The translations under genes were made by a program, and so were the position numbers. The notes below the pieces were generated by a model that saw only the letters and a program-made list of their open reading frames with translations, searched no databases and was not told the DNA's origin. A stretch of DNA of 64,000 nucleotides from Chiloscyllium plagiosum (taxonomy: Eukaryota), in the NCBI RefSeq assembly GCF_004010195.1, contig NC_057747.1, positions 3,478,345 through 3,542,344 of the forward strand, written 5' to 3'. Shown here one piece after another: positions 24,411 to 37,464 of the stretch (its first letter is position 1; each line of letters begins with the position of its first letter).

Positions 24411-24630
24411 AAGTTCAGATGCACAAATGAGAGAAAATGTGAGGGGCATCGAGACCTGACAACCCCGAAGGGATAGCGGATCTTTGATTTATATGCGTAA
24501 CTCCAAATAGCTCAATGTCCAAACTCCGACATGGGTAGGACAACAGTTGGGGCTAGGGGGGATCCACTCTTATTGTCATCTTACTTGTCCTTTCTCACTT
24601 GCTTGCCCTTGAATTTTCTCAGAAGCAGGT

Positions 24631-24692
24631 CGGGGGGGGGGGGGGGGGGGGGGGGCGCGGGGGGTGGGATCGGACANNNNNNNNNNNNNNNC
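24631..24692. repeat. Poly-G run next to a short N gap (24677-24692)
   Basis: Direct inspection. Confidence 0.9.
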
Positions 24693-25550
24693 GCTAACAG
24701 AAATCCTTAAATATCCAACAAATGGCCAGTTTGAGGTCTCTTAAAGCTCTGGCTCTTCTCTGCTGGGATTTTACCCACAGTGGGAGACACCAACCCCAGA
24801 TATCCAGCCTGCCCTGATGTGGCCAGGCAAGGTACTGGTGGTGTGCAGGGTGCAAACCTTTTGAGGTCCTATCAGAGACCAATCACTACCCTGTTCCCTC
24901 CTCATGCCAACTCCCATTCCCAATAATTAATTTCTTTCTCTACATCACTTCCTGAAGGTGAATACGTCCTTCATGCCCCTGTGTAAATATTACAGCATTC
25001 AGGATAATTTCATAATTATTTTCACTCCTTCTCCACTTGACTCTCTTAAACGCCCTTTGAAATCTATCTTTCTCTTCATCCCTGCAACTTGGGTTTCTTG
25101 GCTCTCTATCTATTCTTTTTTTCCTTGCTACCATAACGCTTCCTTCTGCAGGACCTCAAAGCTGGGGATTGAGGCAGAAACCCTCAACTCATTTAAAAGG
25201 AACCTACATCTGCATATGAAAATGCAAGACTGGTTTCTTACAATCACCAGTGACTGACCTCATCAATCCTCCTATCCTTTCTACCCTCAGTACTTGTCCT
25301 GCACAAAGGACCAATGCCTTGCCACTTGAGATCTCAATGAGACAGATGATTTTCCATGATAGATTTGGTGAGAATCTCACATTTATCCAACATGTATCCA
25401 GAGTTCCAGGCATGGAGATGATCTTTGTGGTCATGGACATTTGCCCACAAACCAACACAATATTCAAAACCTAATCTGAAAAGGCATCTGAAATCAGCGA
25501 TGTCATCACACACTCCTGGAACAGGCAGGACCTGAACCCAGGCTTCCTGG

Positions 25551-25766
25551 GGGAAAGTAGGTACTGCAGATGCTGGAGATTAGAGTCGAGAGTGTAGTGC
25601 TGGAAAAGCACAGCAGGTCAGGCAGCATCCAAGGAGCAGGAGAATCGACGTTTCAAGCATAAGCTCTTCATCAGGATTCCTAATGAAGGGCTTCCGCCTG
25701 AAACGCCAATTCTCCTGCTCCTCGGATGCTGCCTGACCTGCTGTGCTTTTCCAGCAACACACTGTC
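25551..25766. mobile_element. Fold-back Penelope-derived element, family A
   Basis: About 85-bp inverted arms centred on TCAGGATTCCTAAT. TSD AACCCAGGCTTCCTGG (25535-25550) / AACCCATGCCTCCTGG (25767-25782). Confidence 0.85.
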
Positions 25767-26000
25767 AACCCATGCCTCCTGGCCCAGACATAGGGACACT
25801 ACCACTGCACCACAAAGGCCTTCTCTCTTTACCATCTAAAAGTTAATGCTTAATATCTTACAGGGGACAATGCAATCAAATCAGGGAAGGTGGGGAGGGT
25901 GAGTAAGTAATAGTAGCAATGAGTAAAACAATTTGACAAAAAAACCCCAATGAACTGTGGATGCTGGAAATCAGAAACACAACCAGAAAAACTCAGCAGG

Positions 26001-26325
26001 GAGAAAGTCAGGACTGCAGATACTGGAGACCAGAGTTGAAAAGTGTGGTGCTGGAAAAGCGCAGCAGGCCAGGCAGCATCCGAGGAGCAGGAGAATTGAC
26101 ATTTTGGGCATAAGCCCTTTTTCAGGAATGAGGCTGGTGTGTGAAGCAGGCTGAGGTNNNNNNNNNNNNNNNNNNNNNNNNNNNNNNNNNNNNNNNNNNN
26201 NNNNNNNNNNNNNNNNNNNNNNNNNGGAAGATGAGGCGCTCTTCCTCCAGGCGTCGTGTGGCCAGGGTCTGGCGATGGAGGAGGCCAAGGACCTGCATGT
26301 CCTTGGCGGAGTGGGAGGGGGAGTT
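26001..26325 (-). mobile_element. 5'-truncated Penelope-like element (GIY-YIG C-terminus plus pLTR) nested in an older PLE-derived repeat
   Basis: Revcomp encodes FNSPSHSAKDMQVLGLLHRQTLATRRLEEERLIF. TSD AAACTCAGCAGG at 25989-26000 and 26326-26337. Gap at 26158-26225. Confidence 0.85.
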
Positions 26326-27567
26326 AAACTCAGCAGGTCTGGCAGCATGTGTGGAGAAGAAGCAGATTTAACATTACAGGTCTAGCGACCCTTCTCCAGA
26401 ACCAATCTGTAAAACAATGTGATCTGTTCTTATTGTGAATATCAATCTCTATCCTAACAGACAACACCTTACATATCTTATTTTCAGTTTTCAATCATAT
26501 TGGACTGAGAGTTACTGTGCTGGAAAGCAATGTAGGTCTTTTCAAAACATAACTGTAGAACTGTAACAGCACAGAAGAAAGCCACTCAGTCCATCCAGTA
26601 CTGGCACTCAGAGAAACTCTCCCTGTAACCCAACACATTCTCCCTTTGTAACATTTTGAATGCTTTGATTGAAAGAAGACCACTTTAATTTCAAACATAA
26701 TGTCTCTGTTTATTGAATATTGGACTCAACAAAAAATGAGCCTCCATTTTCATCCCAACTTTCAGTCCTCACAATATTGCCGAAAAATCTAATACTTGTA
26801 AAAGAAACATAAATATCGTCAATAGTACCCGAATCACACACTGGACTTGAAAATTGCTTTACGGTCAATGATTTATGTTTGAAATGCAGTCACTGTTATC
26901 TCAGCATCCAATTTACATGCAGTGAGGCTGAACAAACAGTAATAAGATGAATGTTCCTTTAATCTCTTTTGGTCTTGTTGATTAAGGGGTGAATTTTTGC
27001 CAGGATATCAGAAAAATCCTTCTTTTCCTTTGAACAGTGCCACAGAATCTTCTACATTCCCCTCATCAGCCAAACAGATCCTGAGTTTAACAGTTCACCT
27101 CAGAGAACAGTACATTCAACACTGGGATCATGTGACAACCATCAAGTTGTGATCACGTCCTGGTTGAGACATGAAAGAATCTGCAGCCCAGTGAATGTTG
27201 GCAGCAGCTTGTCCAAGTTGCCATTTACCTTTTAGAGGCTCCAGTAAAGCAAAAAATAGTCAAAAGGTCAAAACGCCAGAGTTCCTTGGGATAGGCTTGT
27301 CGGATCCAACTGAGGAGCACCAATATCTCATCAAAAAGTCTATTAACTTCAGTCATAGTTTACTAGACTATTCGACGGTGCCAGAGTTGCACAGAATCTG
27401 TTACAGCTCAGAAACTACCTCATTGGCGGAACCGGTCAAAGTCAGTGTTAATGCTCCACACAAGCCTCATTAGGAATGGGAGATCGTCAACCCCCTCAAG
27501 CCTCTTCCATCACTCAATTAGATCCTGCTGACCTATCCCTATATTCTGTTTACCTGCCTAGTATTTT

Positions 27568-28341
27568 TCTATTCATTCACGGGATGATGGCATCACTGGC
27601 CGTGTCAGCATTTTTTGCCCATCCCTAATTGCCCAGAGGAAAGATGAGAGTCAACCACATTATTGTGGGTCTGGAGTCACATGTAGGCTAGACCAGGAGA
27701 GAATGGCAGTTTCCTTCCCTAAAAGACATTAGTGAACCAGATGGGGTTTTCCAACAATCCAACAATGGATTCATCATCATCATTAGATTCTTAATTCCAG
27801 ATATTTATTGAATTCAAATTCCATTATCTGCTGCAGCAGGATTCAAATCCGGGTCTCCAGAACATTACCTGGGTCTCTGTGCTTGACAACAGAGAAACAA
27901 TTTGGAATCATTTCTGTATCTTTGTAGGTGAATAAACCAATATTCAACAAACAGAGACATTATGTTTGAAATTAAAGTGGTCTTCTTTCAATCAAAGCAT
28001 TCAAAATGGGACTAGGCAACTGTTACAAAGGGAGAATGTGTTGGGTTACAGGGGGAGTTTCTCTGAGTGCCAGTATTGGATGGACTGAGTGGCTTTCTTC
28101 TGTGCTGTTACAATTCTACAGTTATGTTTTGAAAAGACCTACATTGCTTTCCAGCACAGTAACTCTCAGTCCAATATGATGGAAAACTGAAAATGAGATT
28201 TGTAAGGTGTTGTCGGTTAGGATAGAGATTGATATTCACAATAAGAACAGATCACATTGTTTTACAGATTGGCTCTGGAGAAGGGTCGCTGGACCTGTAA
28301 TGTAGTAATCCAGTGATAATAAAGCTAGGCCATCGCCTCCC
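27568..28341 (-). mobile_element. tRNA-derived SINE with a (TGAA)n L2-type tail, interrupted by a 426-nt templated insertion at 27878-28303
   Basis: The head revcomp GGGAGGCGATGGCCTAG... is at 28341 and the body resumes at 27879. Compare the uninterrupted heads at 56030-56126 and 63786-64000. Confidence 0.8.
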
Positions 28342-28459
28342 TTTAATCTTTAATTCCCTCATCTCGGAAAAATGTAAAACTCTCTCATTCTGTCTTATGT
28401 CACACCATCAACATATTATTCAAATCCTTTCTCCATCATCTACCTTTCCTCAGATCGTG

Positions 28460-28741
28460 ACATAGAACATAGAACAATACAGCACGGAACAGGCCCTTCT
28501 GCCCACGATGTTGTGCCGAACATTTGTCCTGGCTTAAGCACCTATCCATGTGCCTATCCAATTGCCGCTTAAAGGTCACCAAAGATTCTGACTCTACCAC
28601 TCCCACAGGCAGTGCATTCCATGCCCCCACCACTCTCTGGGTAAAGAACCCACCCCTGACATCTCCCCTATACCTTCCACCCTTCACCTTAAATTTATGT
28701 CCCCTTGTAACACTCTGTTGTACCCGGGGAAAAAGTTTCTA
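28460..28741 (-). mobile_element. Young CR1 LINE 3' end
   Basis: KGGRYRGDVRGGFFTQRVVGAWNALPVGVVES, with tail (TTCTATG)n. Confidence 0.88.
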
Positions 28742-29344
28742 GTGACGGTACATTATTTAGAGAGCCTGACAGTTTCACCAATGGAATATTGTGGAAATGA
28801 TTTGCAAACCACTTGTTGGTTACGTTTAAAAAGGTTTGCCCATTTTATACATGTTGCATTAAGTTTACGTAGAGCACGTCAACTTGCCAATTATGTCACA
28901 AGTCCAAACAAAACCCTCCAGATGTTTACTGCACAGTAAAGAAGAGTTCACATCTCATTCATTTTAAATAGGTTATGCTAATCTCTGCAACATAAAATCC
29001 ACAAGATCAATAACTTCAATCACTTAATTGACAGTGAAAACATTTCATGATATTCTAGATAATATAGAAATAAAAAATGTAATTGTCAGTACTTTTGAGA
29101 ACAATGGTGTTATTAATGTAGAATTCAAAATGCACTGTGTGTTAATGAGCACACCATTCCACCAGAGTTTCGTTTCTAACCTTATCAGATGAAAGACTGT
29201 CTTGAAGGAGATGAAAAACTCTTACCTACTAATTTTATTTCCATTTAAAATGCCTTCCCCATCACCCCACCAATACAACATAAGGCCAGCAACTGAGGAC
29301 AGGTTGATGGATAACACTCAGATGGTAAGAGTCATGAGAGGCAG

Positions 29345-29615
29345 AGAATGAATATTAGAGAGGACACAAGGTCAAACATTTTTACCTGGAGCATTGTGGG
29401 CGCTTGGAATTGGTTGCTCAGTTTGGGAGTTGAGGCAAAAGCCCTCAACTCATTTAAAAGAAACCTGGATCTGCATCTGAAAATGTTGTCATCTGAGAGG
29501 CAACGGGTAAGGTCTGAAAATGCAGGATTAGAATGCTTGGTTCGGTTATTCAGCTGGCACAGCCAATGATGAGCTGAATGGCCTCATTCTCTGCCATAAG
29601 GTTTCTCTGATCCTG
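29345..29615 (+). mobile_element. CR1 LINE 3' end
   Basis: TRSNIFTWSIVGAWNWL...EAKALNSFKRNLD. Confidence 0.75.
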
Positions 29616-30554
29616 AGACAGAGAGTCACAGGGCTGTGTGGGTTCATTGTGTGTTGTGCCCAATTCTGACATAATTAATTCTGCATGTCAGTAAATTGAG
29701 TCCCGTGGTCATTCATAAATACAAAGGGTGACTCCCAAGTTAGAGTAGCTGACGCCATCGTTATATGTAATCAAGACTCTCAATGACAAGAAAAATATTG
29801 CCAGCTATGAAGTTTGGGACTGAGTTTTCTGCAACTGATGATGGGTCAGGACTGATGGTGAATGGCAATCCTAGGGACTTTATTGCCTCTGCGACTGAAG
29901 TCATCAACAACTTGAAGTCTGGAGCTATTGCTTAAAGTCCCATGAAAGGATGGATTAGAATAGTTAGATGGTTGTTTTTGACTGGCATGGATGCGATCAG
30001 CCAGAGGGTCTTTCTCTGTGCTGCAGATCTCTATGACTCTGTGAGAGATGGAGAGCAGTGAGCCAAAGATAGGAGATCCTTAAGGCAGTACATGGATCAA
30101 TGACCAATGGATTATTATGCAGCGCATTGAGGAAACTGGACAGCCACTGGGACATAAAAAGGGTTGGTTGGTATATTCACCTACAAAGATACAGAAATGA
30201 TTCCAAATTGTTTCTCTGTTGTCAGGCACATTAAGAAGGGCTCCACCAGTGAGTCACAAATCTAGTGTATCCTAGCAACCAGATCAATCCCATGATTTGG
30301 AATGAGAATGCTGTACAGCTGTTTGATGCCAACCAGCAGCAGTAGAGATCCATCTGCATGGACAAACTGACTGCACAGACAGAAGGTCTTAAAGAATTAG
30401 ATAAATGATGATGGTGGAGCCCACACTTCATCACCCAGTTAACAGTAATGTGGAAGGCAGACAGAGTCTTCCAGTTGGCACTCTTGAAAGTTGCACTACA
30501 TGACAGAGAAGAAAGGATCTTAGAATAGGGCCAGAAAACACCAATTCAAAATGG

Positions 30555-31230
30555 CAGCAAGAATAGGCCATTCAGCCCCTAATCCATCATTTGACAAAAT
30601 TATGGCTGATCTGGTTGCCATCTCTTCTTTCTGGTCTACCACATCATACCTCCCTTATCACTGAAACATCGAAAATAGGAAGAGGAATAGGCCATTCAGC
30701 CTTCAAGCCAGCTCCACCATTCAAGACGATCATGGCTGATCTTCCGACTCAGTCGCCTTTCCCACTTTCTCCCCATACCCTTTGATCCCTTTAGCCCTGA
30801 GAAATATATCTACCTCCTTTGTGAAAATGCTTGATATTTCAGCCTCAACCGCTTTCTGTGGCAGAGAAACCCACATACTCACCAGTCTCTGGGTGAAAAG
30901 GTTTTCCTCATCCTAGTCCTAAATTGTCTACGCTATATCCTGAGAGTGTGACACCTGGATCTGGTCTTCCCAGTCATTGGGAACATTCATCCTTTACCCT
31001 GTTTAGTTTTATTAAAATGTTATAGATTTCTATGCAATTCCCTCTCATTCTTTAAACTCCAGTGAATACAGTCAAATCTCTTTTCACAGGTCAGTTCAAC
31101 CGTCATACACAAAGAGTTTACCTAACTCTCTCTTAAAAATGTTCAAAGGTCTTATTTCCACTCGTTTCTAGGGAAAAGAATTTCACAGATAAACAAACTT
31201 ATGAGTGAAAAAGAAAATTCTCTTCATCAT
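30555..31230 (-). mobile_element. Nested CR1 LINE 3' ends
   Basis: Two tails (aataggccattcagcc...) and reverse ORF2 C-terminal motifs. Confidence 0.75.
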
Positions 31231-31234
31231 CATC

Positions 31235-32340
31235 TAAAAGATTCTAAAACAAGGCAAACTGGGTCCAATATTGGGGCTTACAAACAGGCAGCAAAGGGTG
31301 ATGGTGGAGAGTTGCTTTTGTGATTTGAGCCTGTGACCAGCAAGGTACCACAGAGACCGGTGCCGTGCGCTTGCTGTTTGCTATGTACATTGACGACTTG
31401 GATACAAATGTAGAAGGTATAATTAGTAACTTTGCAGATGACACAAAAATTGATGGTGCTGTTGATAGCCAGGAGAATGGGCCCAGGCTACAGACCAATT
31501 GTGATCAGCTGGTAAATTGGGCAAAGCAATGGCAGATGGAATTTATTCTTGATAAGCGTGAAGTGATACACTTTAGAGGTCTAATGAGGGAAGGGGTTAC
31601 ACAATGAATACAGGTCCCAAGGGAGTACTGAGGAATAAAGAGGTTTTGGTGTACAAGTCCATAGATTGTTGAAGGTGTCAACACAAGCAGCTAGGGTTGC
31701 AAAGAAGACATACAGAATGCTTGCCCCAATTAACTGGGGCATAGAATATAGGAACAGGGAAGTCTTGTTGCAACTTTATAAAACATTGGTTCAGTTAAAG
31801 ATGGAATACTGTGTGCAGTTCTGGTTGCCACACTGTTGGAAGGGCGGGATTGCACTGGAGAGGGTGCAGAGGAGATTCACCAGGATGTTGTCTGGAATGA
31901 AAATTCTCAGTTATGAGGAGAGACTGGATAGGCTGGGCTTGTTTTCCTTGGATCAGAGAAGGCTGAGGAGCAATCTGATTAAGGTGCACAACATTATGAG
32001 AGGTATAGACAGAGCAGATCATGAGAATCTTTTCCCCATGGCAAACCTGCTTAAAATTGAAAATCGTGAGTTTAAAGTGTGCAGTAAGTAGTTTAGAGCA
32101 GAACTAAGGAAAACACGGAAGGTAGAAGCATAATATGCTCTGCCCAGGAGGCTGGTGGAGACATGTACTCCTGCAGGATTTAACAAGCATCTGGATGAGT
32201 GCTTAAAATGCCAGAATAGTGCAGGCTATGGAGAAAATGCAGGTAAATGAGATTAATACAGTAGGATGGTGTTTGTGGGTCAGCATAGAGATGGTGGGCT
32301 GAAGGGCCTGTTGCTATGCTGTATGACTCCATGACTATGA
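31235..32340 (+). mobile_element. CR1 LINE, RT C-terminal half to 3' end, degenerate
   Basis: MYIDDLDTNVEGIISNFADDTKI (RT FADD motif), EYCVQFWLP...LERVQRRFTRM, and tail CTCCATGACTATG. Confidence 0.92.
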
Positions 32341-32344
32341 GAAG

Positions 32345-32695
32345 ACTCTTTATTTTTAAAATGTATCCCCTAGTTTCAGTCCCTCCTACAAGGGGAAACA
32401 TCCTTTCAGCATCCATTCTTTTAAGCCCTATAAGAATCCTCCAAGCTTTAATAAGATCACTTCTCAGTCTTATAAATTCGAATGAAAACAGGCACAACGT
32501 AGCTATCCTTTTATTATAACAAACCCTTCATCCCAGGAGTCAGAGCTTACTTTGAACAACTTTGACTGCAATTATATCCCTTTCCAAAATAAAGAGATTA
32601 AACTGTACAAGTATTTCAGATGATATACCAATGACCTGTACAACTGTAAGAAACCTTCTCTGTTTCTTTGTTCCATTCTTCTTGCAATAAAGCTC
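32345..32695 (-). mobile_element. CR1 LINE 3' fragment
   Basis: LFSFEFIRLRSDLIKAWRIL...MFPLVGGTETRG. Confidence 0.78.
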
Positions 32696-33060
32696 GAGTT
32701 ACTGAGGGGAGGATAGGATTCTGTTTGAGTTATGCACACCTTCATATTTTCAATGCACAATGCATGGGATTCCTGATGGATGGTAAATTCAACCTGGATG
32801 CAATCCTGGACTGAGAAGAAGTGAATTGCATCTTTATCCTTTTTGTCTTTACTTCGATGTAAATCCAAGTGCAGATTTGTTATACACTATGAGATATATG
32901 ACCAAATTAACTCCATTCCTGGTTAACACAGAACTTAGAACAGTACAGCACAGGAACAGGCCCTTCAGCCCACGATGTTGTGCCAAACATGATGCCAAAC
33001 TAATCCCTTCTGCCTGGCCTTGATCCATACCCCTCCATTCCTTACATGTTCATGTGCTTA

Positions 33061-35437
33061 GTGGCAGTTATGATGTTGTGGGGATAATGGAGACGTGGCT
33101 TCAAGTGGACAGGGCCTGGGAAATGAATATTCAAGGCTATACGTGCTATCGTAAGGACAGACTGATGGGCAGAGGGGGTGGGGTGGCCCTGTTAGTAAGG
33201 AATGATACTCAGTCCCTTGTGCGGGAGGACTTAGAATCAGGGGATGTAGAGTCCGTATGGATAGAGCTGAGAAATTCTAAGGGTAGAAAGACCCTCATGG
33301 GAGTTATCTACATGCCCCCAAACAGTAGTCTGGATGTAGGGTGTAAGTTGAATAAGGAGCTGAAATTGGCCTGTCGCAAAGACATTACTACAGTTGTTAT
33401 GGGAGATTTCAACATGCAGGTAGACTGGGAGAATCAGATTGGTAGTGAACCCCAAGAAAGGGAGTTTGTGGAGTGCCTCCGCCTACCCGGGGGGGGAAGG
33501 CAATTCTGGATCTGGTGTTGTGCAACGAACCGGATTTGATCAGGGACCTCGAAGTGAAAGAGCCATTAGGAGGTAGTGACCATAATACAATAAGCTATAA
33601 TCTGCAATTTGAAAGGGAGAGGGTACAATCGGAAGAGACAATATTTCAGTTGAATAAAGGGAACTATGGAGCTATGAGGGAGGAGCTGGCCAAAGTTCAA
33701 TGGTGCAATACCCGAGCAGGGATGACAGTGGAGGAACAATGGCAGGTATTTCTGGGTATAATGCAGAAGATGCCGGATCAGTTCATTCCAAAAAGGAAGA
33801 AAGATCCTAAGAGGAGGCAGGGGTGGCCATGCCTTACAAGGGAAGTTAAGAAACATATAAAGTCAAAAGAGAAAAAGTATAACATAGCTAAGATAAGTTG
33901 GAAAACTGAGGACTGGGAAGCTTTTAAAGAGCAACAGAGGATTACTAAGAAGGAAATACGCAGTGNNNNNNNNNNNNNNNNNNNNNNNNNNNNNNNNNNN
34001 NNNNNNNNNNNNNNNNNNNNNNNNNNNNNNNNNNNNNNNNNNNNNNNNNNNNNNNNNNNNNNNNNNNNNNNNNNNNNNNNNNNNNNNNNNNNNNNNNNNN
34101 NNNNNNNNNNNNNNNNNNNNNNNNNNNNNNNNNNNNNNNNNNNNNNNNNNNNNNNNNNNNNNNNNNNNNNNNNNNNNNNNNNNNNNNNNNNNNNNNNNNN
34201 NNNNNNNNNNNNNNNNNNNNNNNNNNNNNNNNNNNNNNNNNNNNNNNNNNNNNNNNNNNNNNNNNNNNNNNNNNNNNNNNNNNNNNNNNNNNNNNNNNNN
34301 NNNNNNNNNNNNNNNNNNNNNNNNNNNNNNNNNNNNNNNNNNNNNNNNNNNNNNNNNNNNNNNNNNNNNNNNNNNNNNNNNNNNNNNNNNNNNNNNNNNN
34401 NNNNNNNNNNNNNNNNNNNNNNNNNNNNNNNNNNNNNNNNNNNNNNNNNNNNNNNNNNNNNNNNNNNNNNNNNNNNNNNNNNNNNNNNNNNNNNNNNNNN
34501 NNNNNNNNNNNNNNNNNNNNNNNNNNNNNNNNNNNNNNNNNNNNNNNNNNNNNNNNNNNNNNNNNNNNNNNNNNNNNNNNNNNNNNNNNNNNNNNNNNNN
34601 NNNNNNNNNNNNNNNNNNNNNNNNNNNNNNNNNNNNNNTGGTTATCCACTTTGGTGGCAAGAACAGGAAAGCAGATTACTACCGAAATGGAGTCAAGTTA
34701 GGTAAAGGGGCGGTACAGAAAGATCTGTGTGTTCTTGTACATCAGTCAATGAAAGCAAACATGCAAGTACAGCAGGCAGTGAAGAAAGCTAATAGCATGC
34801 TGGCCTTCATAACAAGAGGAATTGAGTATAGAAGCAAAGAGATTCTTCCGCAGCTGTACAGGGCCCTGGTGAGACCGTACCTGGAATATTGCGTGCAGTT
34901 TTGGTCTCCAAATTTGAGGAAAGACATTCTGGCTATTGAGGGAATGCAGCGTAGGTTCATGAGGTCAATTCCCGGAATGGCGGGACTATCTTACGCTGAA
35001 AGATTGGAGCGACTGGGCTTGTATATGCTTGAGTTTAGAAGGCTGAGAGGGGATCTGATTGAGACGTATAAGATTATTAAAGGATTGGACACTCTAGAGG
35101 CAGGAAGCATGTTTCCGCTGATGGGTGAGTCCCGAACCAGAGCACACAGTTTAAAAATAAGGGGTAGACCATTTAGAACAGAATTGAGGAGAAACTTCTT
35201 CATCCAAAGAGTGGTGGCTGTATGGAATGCTCTGCCCCAGAGGGCAGTGGAGGCCAAGTCTGTGGATACTTTCAAGAAAGAGTTGGATAGAGCTCTTAAG
35301 GATAGGGGAATCAAGGGTTATGGGGATAAGGCAGGAACAGGATACTGATTGAGGATGATCAGCCATGATCATAATGAATGATGATGCTGGCTCAAAGGGC
35401 AGAATGGCCTACTCGTGCACCTGTTGTCTATTGCCTA
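33061..35437 (+). mobile_element. Young CR1-clade LINE ORF2: APE endonuclease, gap, C-terminus and 3'UTR; frameshifted near 33480
   Basis: VGIMETWL, GRGGGVALLV, VMGDFN, LDLVL and GSDHN are endonuclease motifs. The C-terminus IHFGGKN...GYGDKAGTGY* is open to 35348. Tail (TCTATTG). N gap at 33966-34638. Confidence 0.95.
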
Positions 35438-35485
35438 TTATTCAAAAGTCCCTTGAACACCCCCTTTAAATCCATTGCATCTGCT

Positions 35486-36456
35486 CCCAGGATGACCAAT
35501 TCCACTACAGAACATACCAGATGGCCTCCTTCTTCAAAGGCTGCAATTTCCCCTTCCACATGGTTGATGATTCCCTCCAGTGCATCTCATCCACTTCCTG
35601 TACCTCCGCCCTTGAACCCCACCCCTCCAACCGCAACAAGGACAGAATCCCCTTGGTCCTCACCTTCCCGCCCACCAACCTCCATATATATCATTCTCCA
35701 GCGTTTCTGCCACCTACAAACGGACCCCATCACCAGAGATATATTTCCTTCCCACCCCTTTCCACTTTCTGTAAAGACTATTCCCTCCACGACTGTCTTG
35801 TCAGGTCCACACCTCCCACCAAGCCAACCTCCCCTCCTGGCAGCTTCCCATGCCACCACAGGAATTGCAAAACGTGAACCACACATCCCTCCTCACCTCC
35901 GAATAAGGCCGCAAAGGAGCCTTCTACATCCATCAAAGTTTCACCTGCATTTCCTCACGTCATTTACTGTATCTGTTGCTCCCGATGCGTTCTCCTCTAC
36001 ATTGGGGAGACAGGACACCTACTCGTAGAGCGCTTCAGAGAACATCTCCGGGACCAATCGACCTCACTGCCCCGTGGCCAAACACTTCAACTTCCCCTCC
36101 CATTCCGCCAAGGACATGCAGGTCTTGGGCCTCCTTCATCGCCACACCCTAACCACTCAACGCCTGGAGGAAGAACGCCTCATCTTCCACCTCGGGACCA
36201 TCCAACCACATGGCATCAATGTGGATTTCACCAGTTTCCTCATTTCCCATCCCCACCTTATCGCAGTACCAACTCCCAACCCGGCACTTCCCTCATGACC
36301 TATCCTACCTGTTCATCTTCCATCCCACCTATCTGCCACACCTCGGCTCACAACCCCATTTTTGATGAAGGGCTCTTTGCCCAAAACATCGATTTTCCTG
36401 CTCCTCGGATGCTGCCTGACCTGTTGTGCTTTTCCAGCACCACACTCTTGACTCAT
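35486..36456 (+). mobile_element. 5'-truncated Penelope-like element (Cys-rich linker, GIY-YIG endonuclease, pLTR), frameshifted
   Basis: DRIPLVLTF, FPCHHRNCKT, VIYCICCSRCVLLYIGETG (from 35959), VAKHFNFPSH...EERLIFHLGTIQPHGIN. ATCTGCT flanks both ends. Confidence 0.92.
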
Positions 36457-37464
36457 ATCTGCTTCCACCACCATTCTTGGCAGTGCATTTCAGACTCTTA
36501 CCACTGTCTGCATAAAAAACCTATCCCTCACATCCCCTTTGAACTTTTCCCCTTCTCATCTTAAATGCATGTCCCTACTATTAGACATTTCAACTCTGGG
36601 AAAAAGATTCTGACTGTCAATGCTCTCTATGCATCATATAATTTTATCGACTTCTATCAAGTCTCCCCTCAGCCTCCACCATGTCAGAGAAAACAACCCG
36701 AATTTTTCTAGACTCTCTTCATAGCTCATGCGTGATGTGTGTATGTATTTGTGTTGCGCGTGTGTGAGCGTGTACATGTGCGTGTCAATGTGTGAGACTG
36801 AGAGAGACAGCAGCATGTAGGGATAGGTCTGGTCCATAATACCCTGTCTACGAGAACTCTGAAAGAAGGGTCAAGGTTGTGGCAGTCATTTATCTTTGCC
36901 AAAATCTCTCATGTGAAGCAATTTTGGTAATTTATAAGCCCATGCATGATAAGGGGTCTCCACAGCTTGAACACCTGAATTGCCAATAGACTGCTGATGG
37001 AATTGTCACTGCATGGTGAGGGAGGGTACCATGTGTTCTTGCCATGTTGCCATAGGAAGGTGATAATAGGTGCACAGTGAATTGTAATTTCCCATTATCC
37101 TATGATCCATAGGTAACTCCTTCCCATGGATGTGGGATCTCTCTGGAGCTGAGTGAAGTGATGAAGAATTTCAGAAATAAGTCAATCCATCGTGGAGGAA
37201 GGCCTGTCAAGGTCTACTCCGAGGAATATTCACAGAAAGGCAAGTGGAAATCTTAGCTTCTCAAAGTAAATGCAGGAAAGAGGAGCTAAGGATTATCAGA
37301 TCAGAAATGATCTCACTGAATGGCACAGCAGATCTGATGGGCTGAATGGCCTACTTCTGGTCCTATGACAACAAGGCCTTCTGCTCTTCTGTCCTTTGTT
37401 TTTGAATCAGTTACATCTTCATGTCTGTGAATGGTAGATCTTTGTTAAGCATCATAGAATATGA

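Larger units (their letters stand above)
32929..36730 (-). mobile_element. Older CR1 3' end split into three pieces (32929-33060, 35441-35485, 36457-36730) by two younger insertions
   Basis: The pieces read continuously as a CR1 tail on the minus strand (MSYEESLEKFGLFSLTWWRLRGDLIEVDKII at 36634-36730). Confidence 0.75.

Noticed and set aside
24631-24692. Poly-G run as a functional G-quadruplex
   Set aside because: It abuts an assembly gap, so its length is unreliable and it may be a sequencing artefact.
25160-29485. About 60-bp direct similarity between 25160-25220 and 29420-29485
   Set aside because: Both are fragments of the same CR1 3' region (EAxxLNSFKRNL), so not evidence of local duplication.
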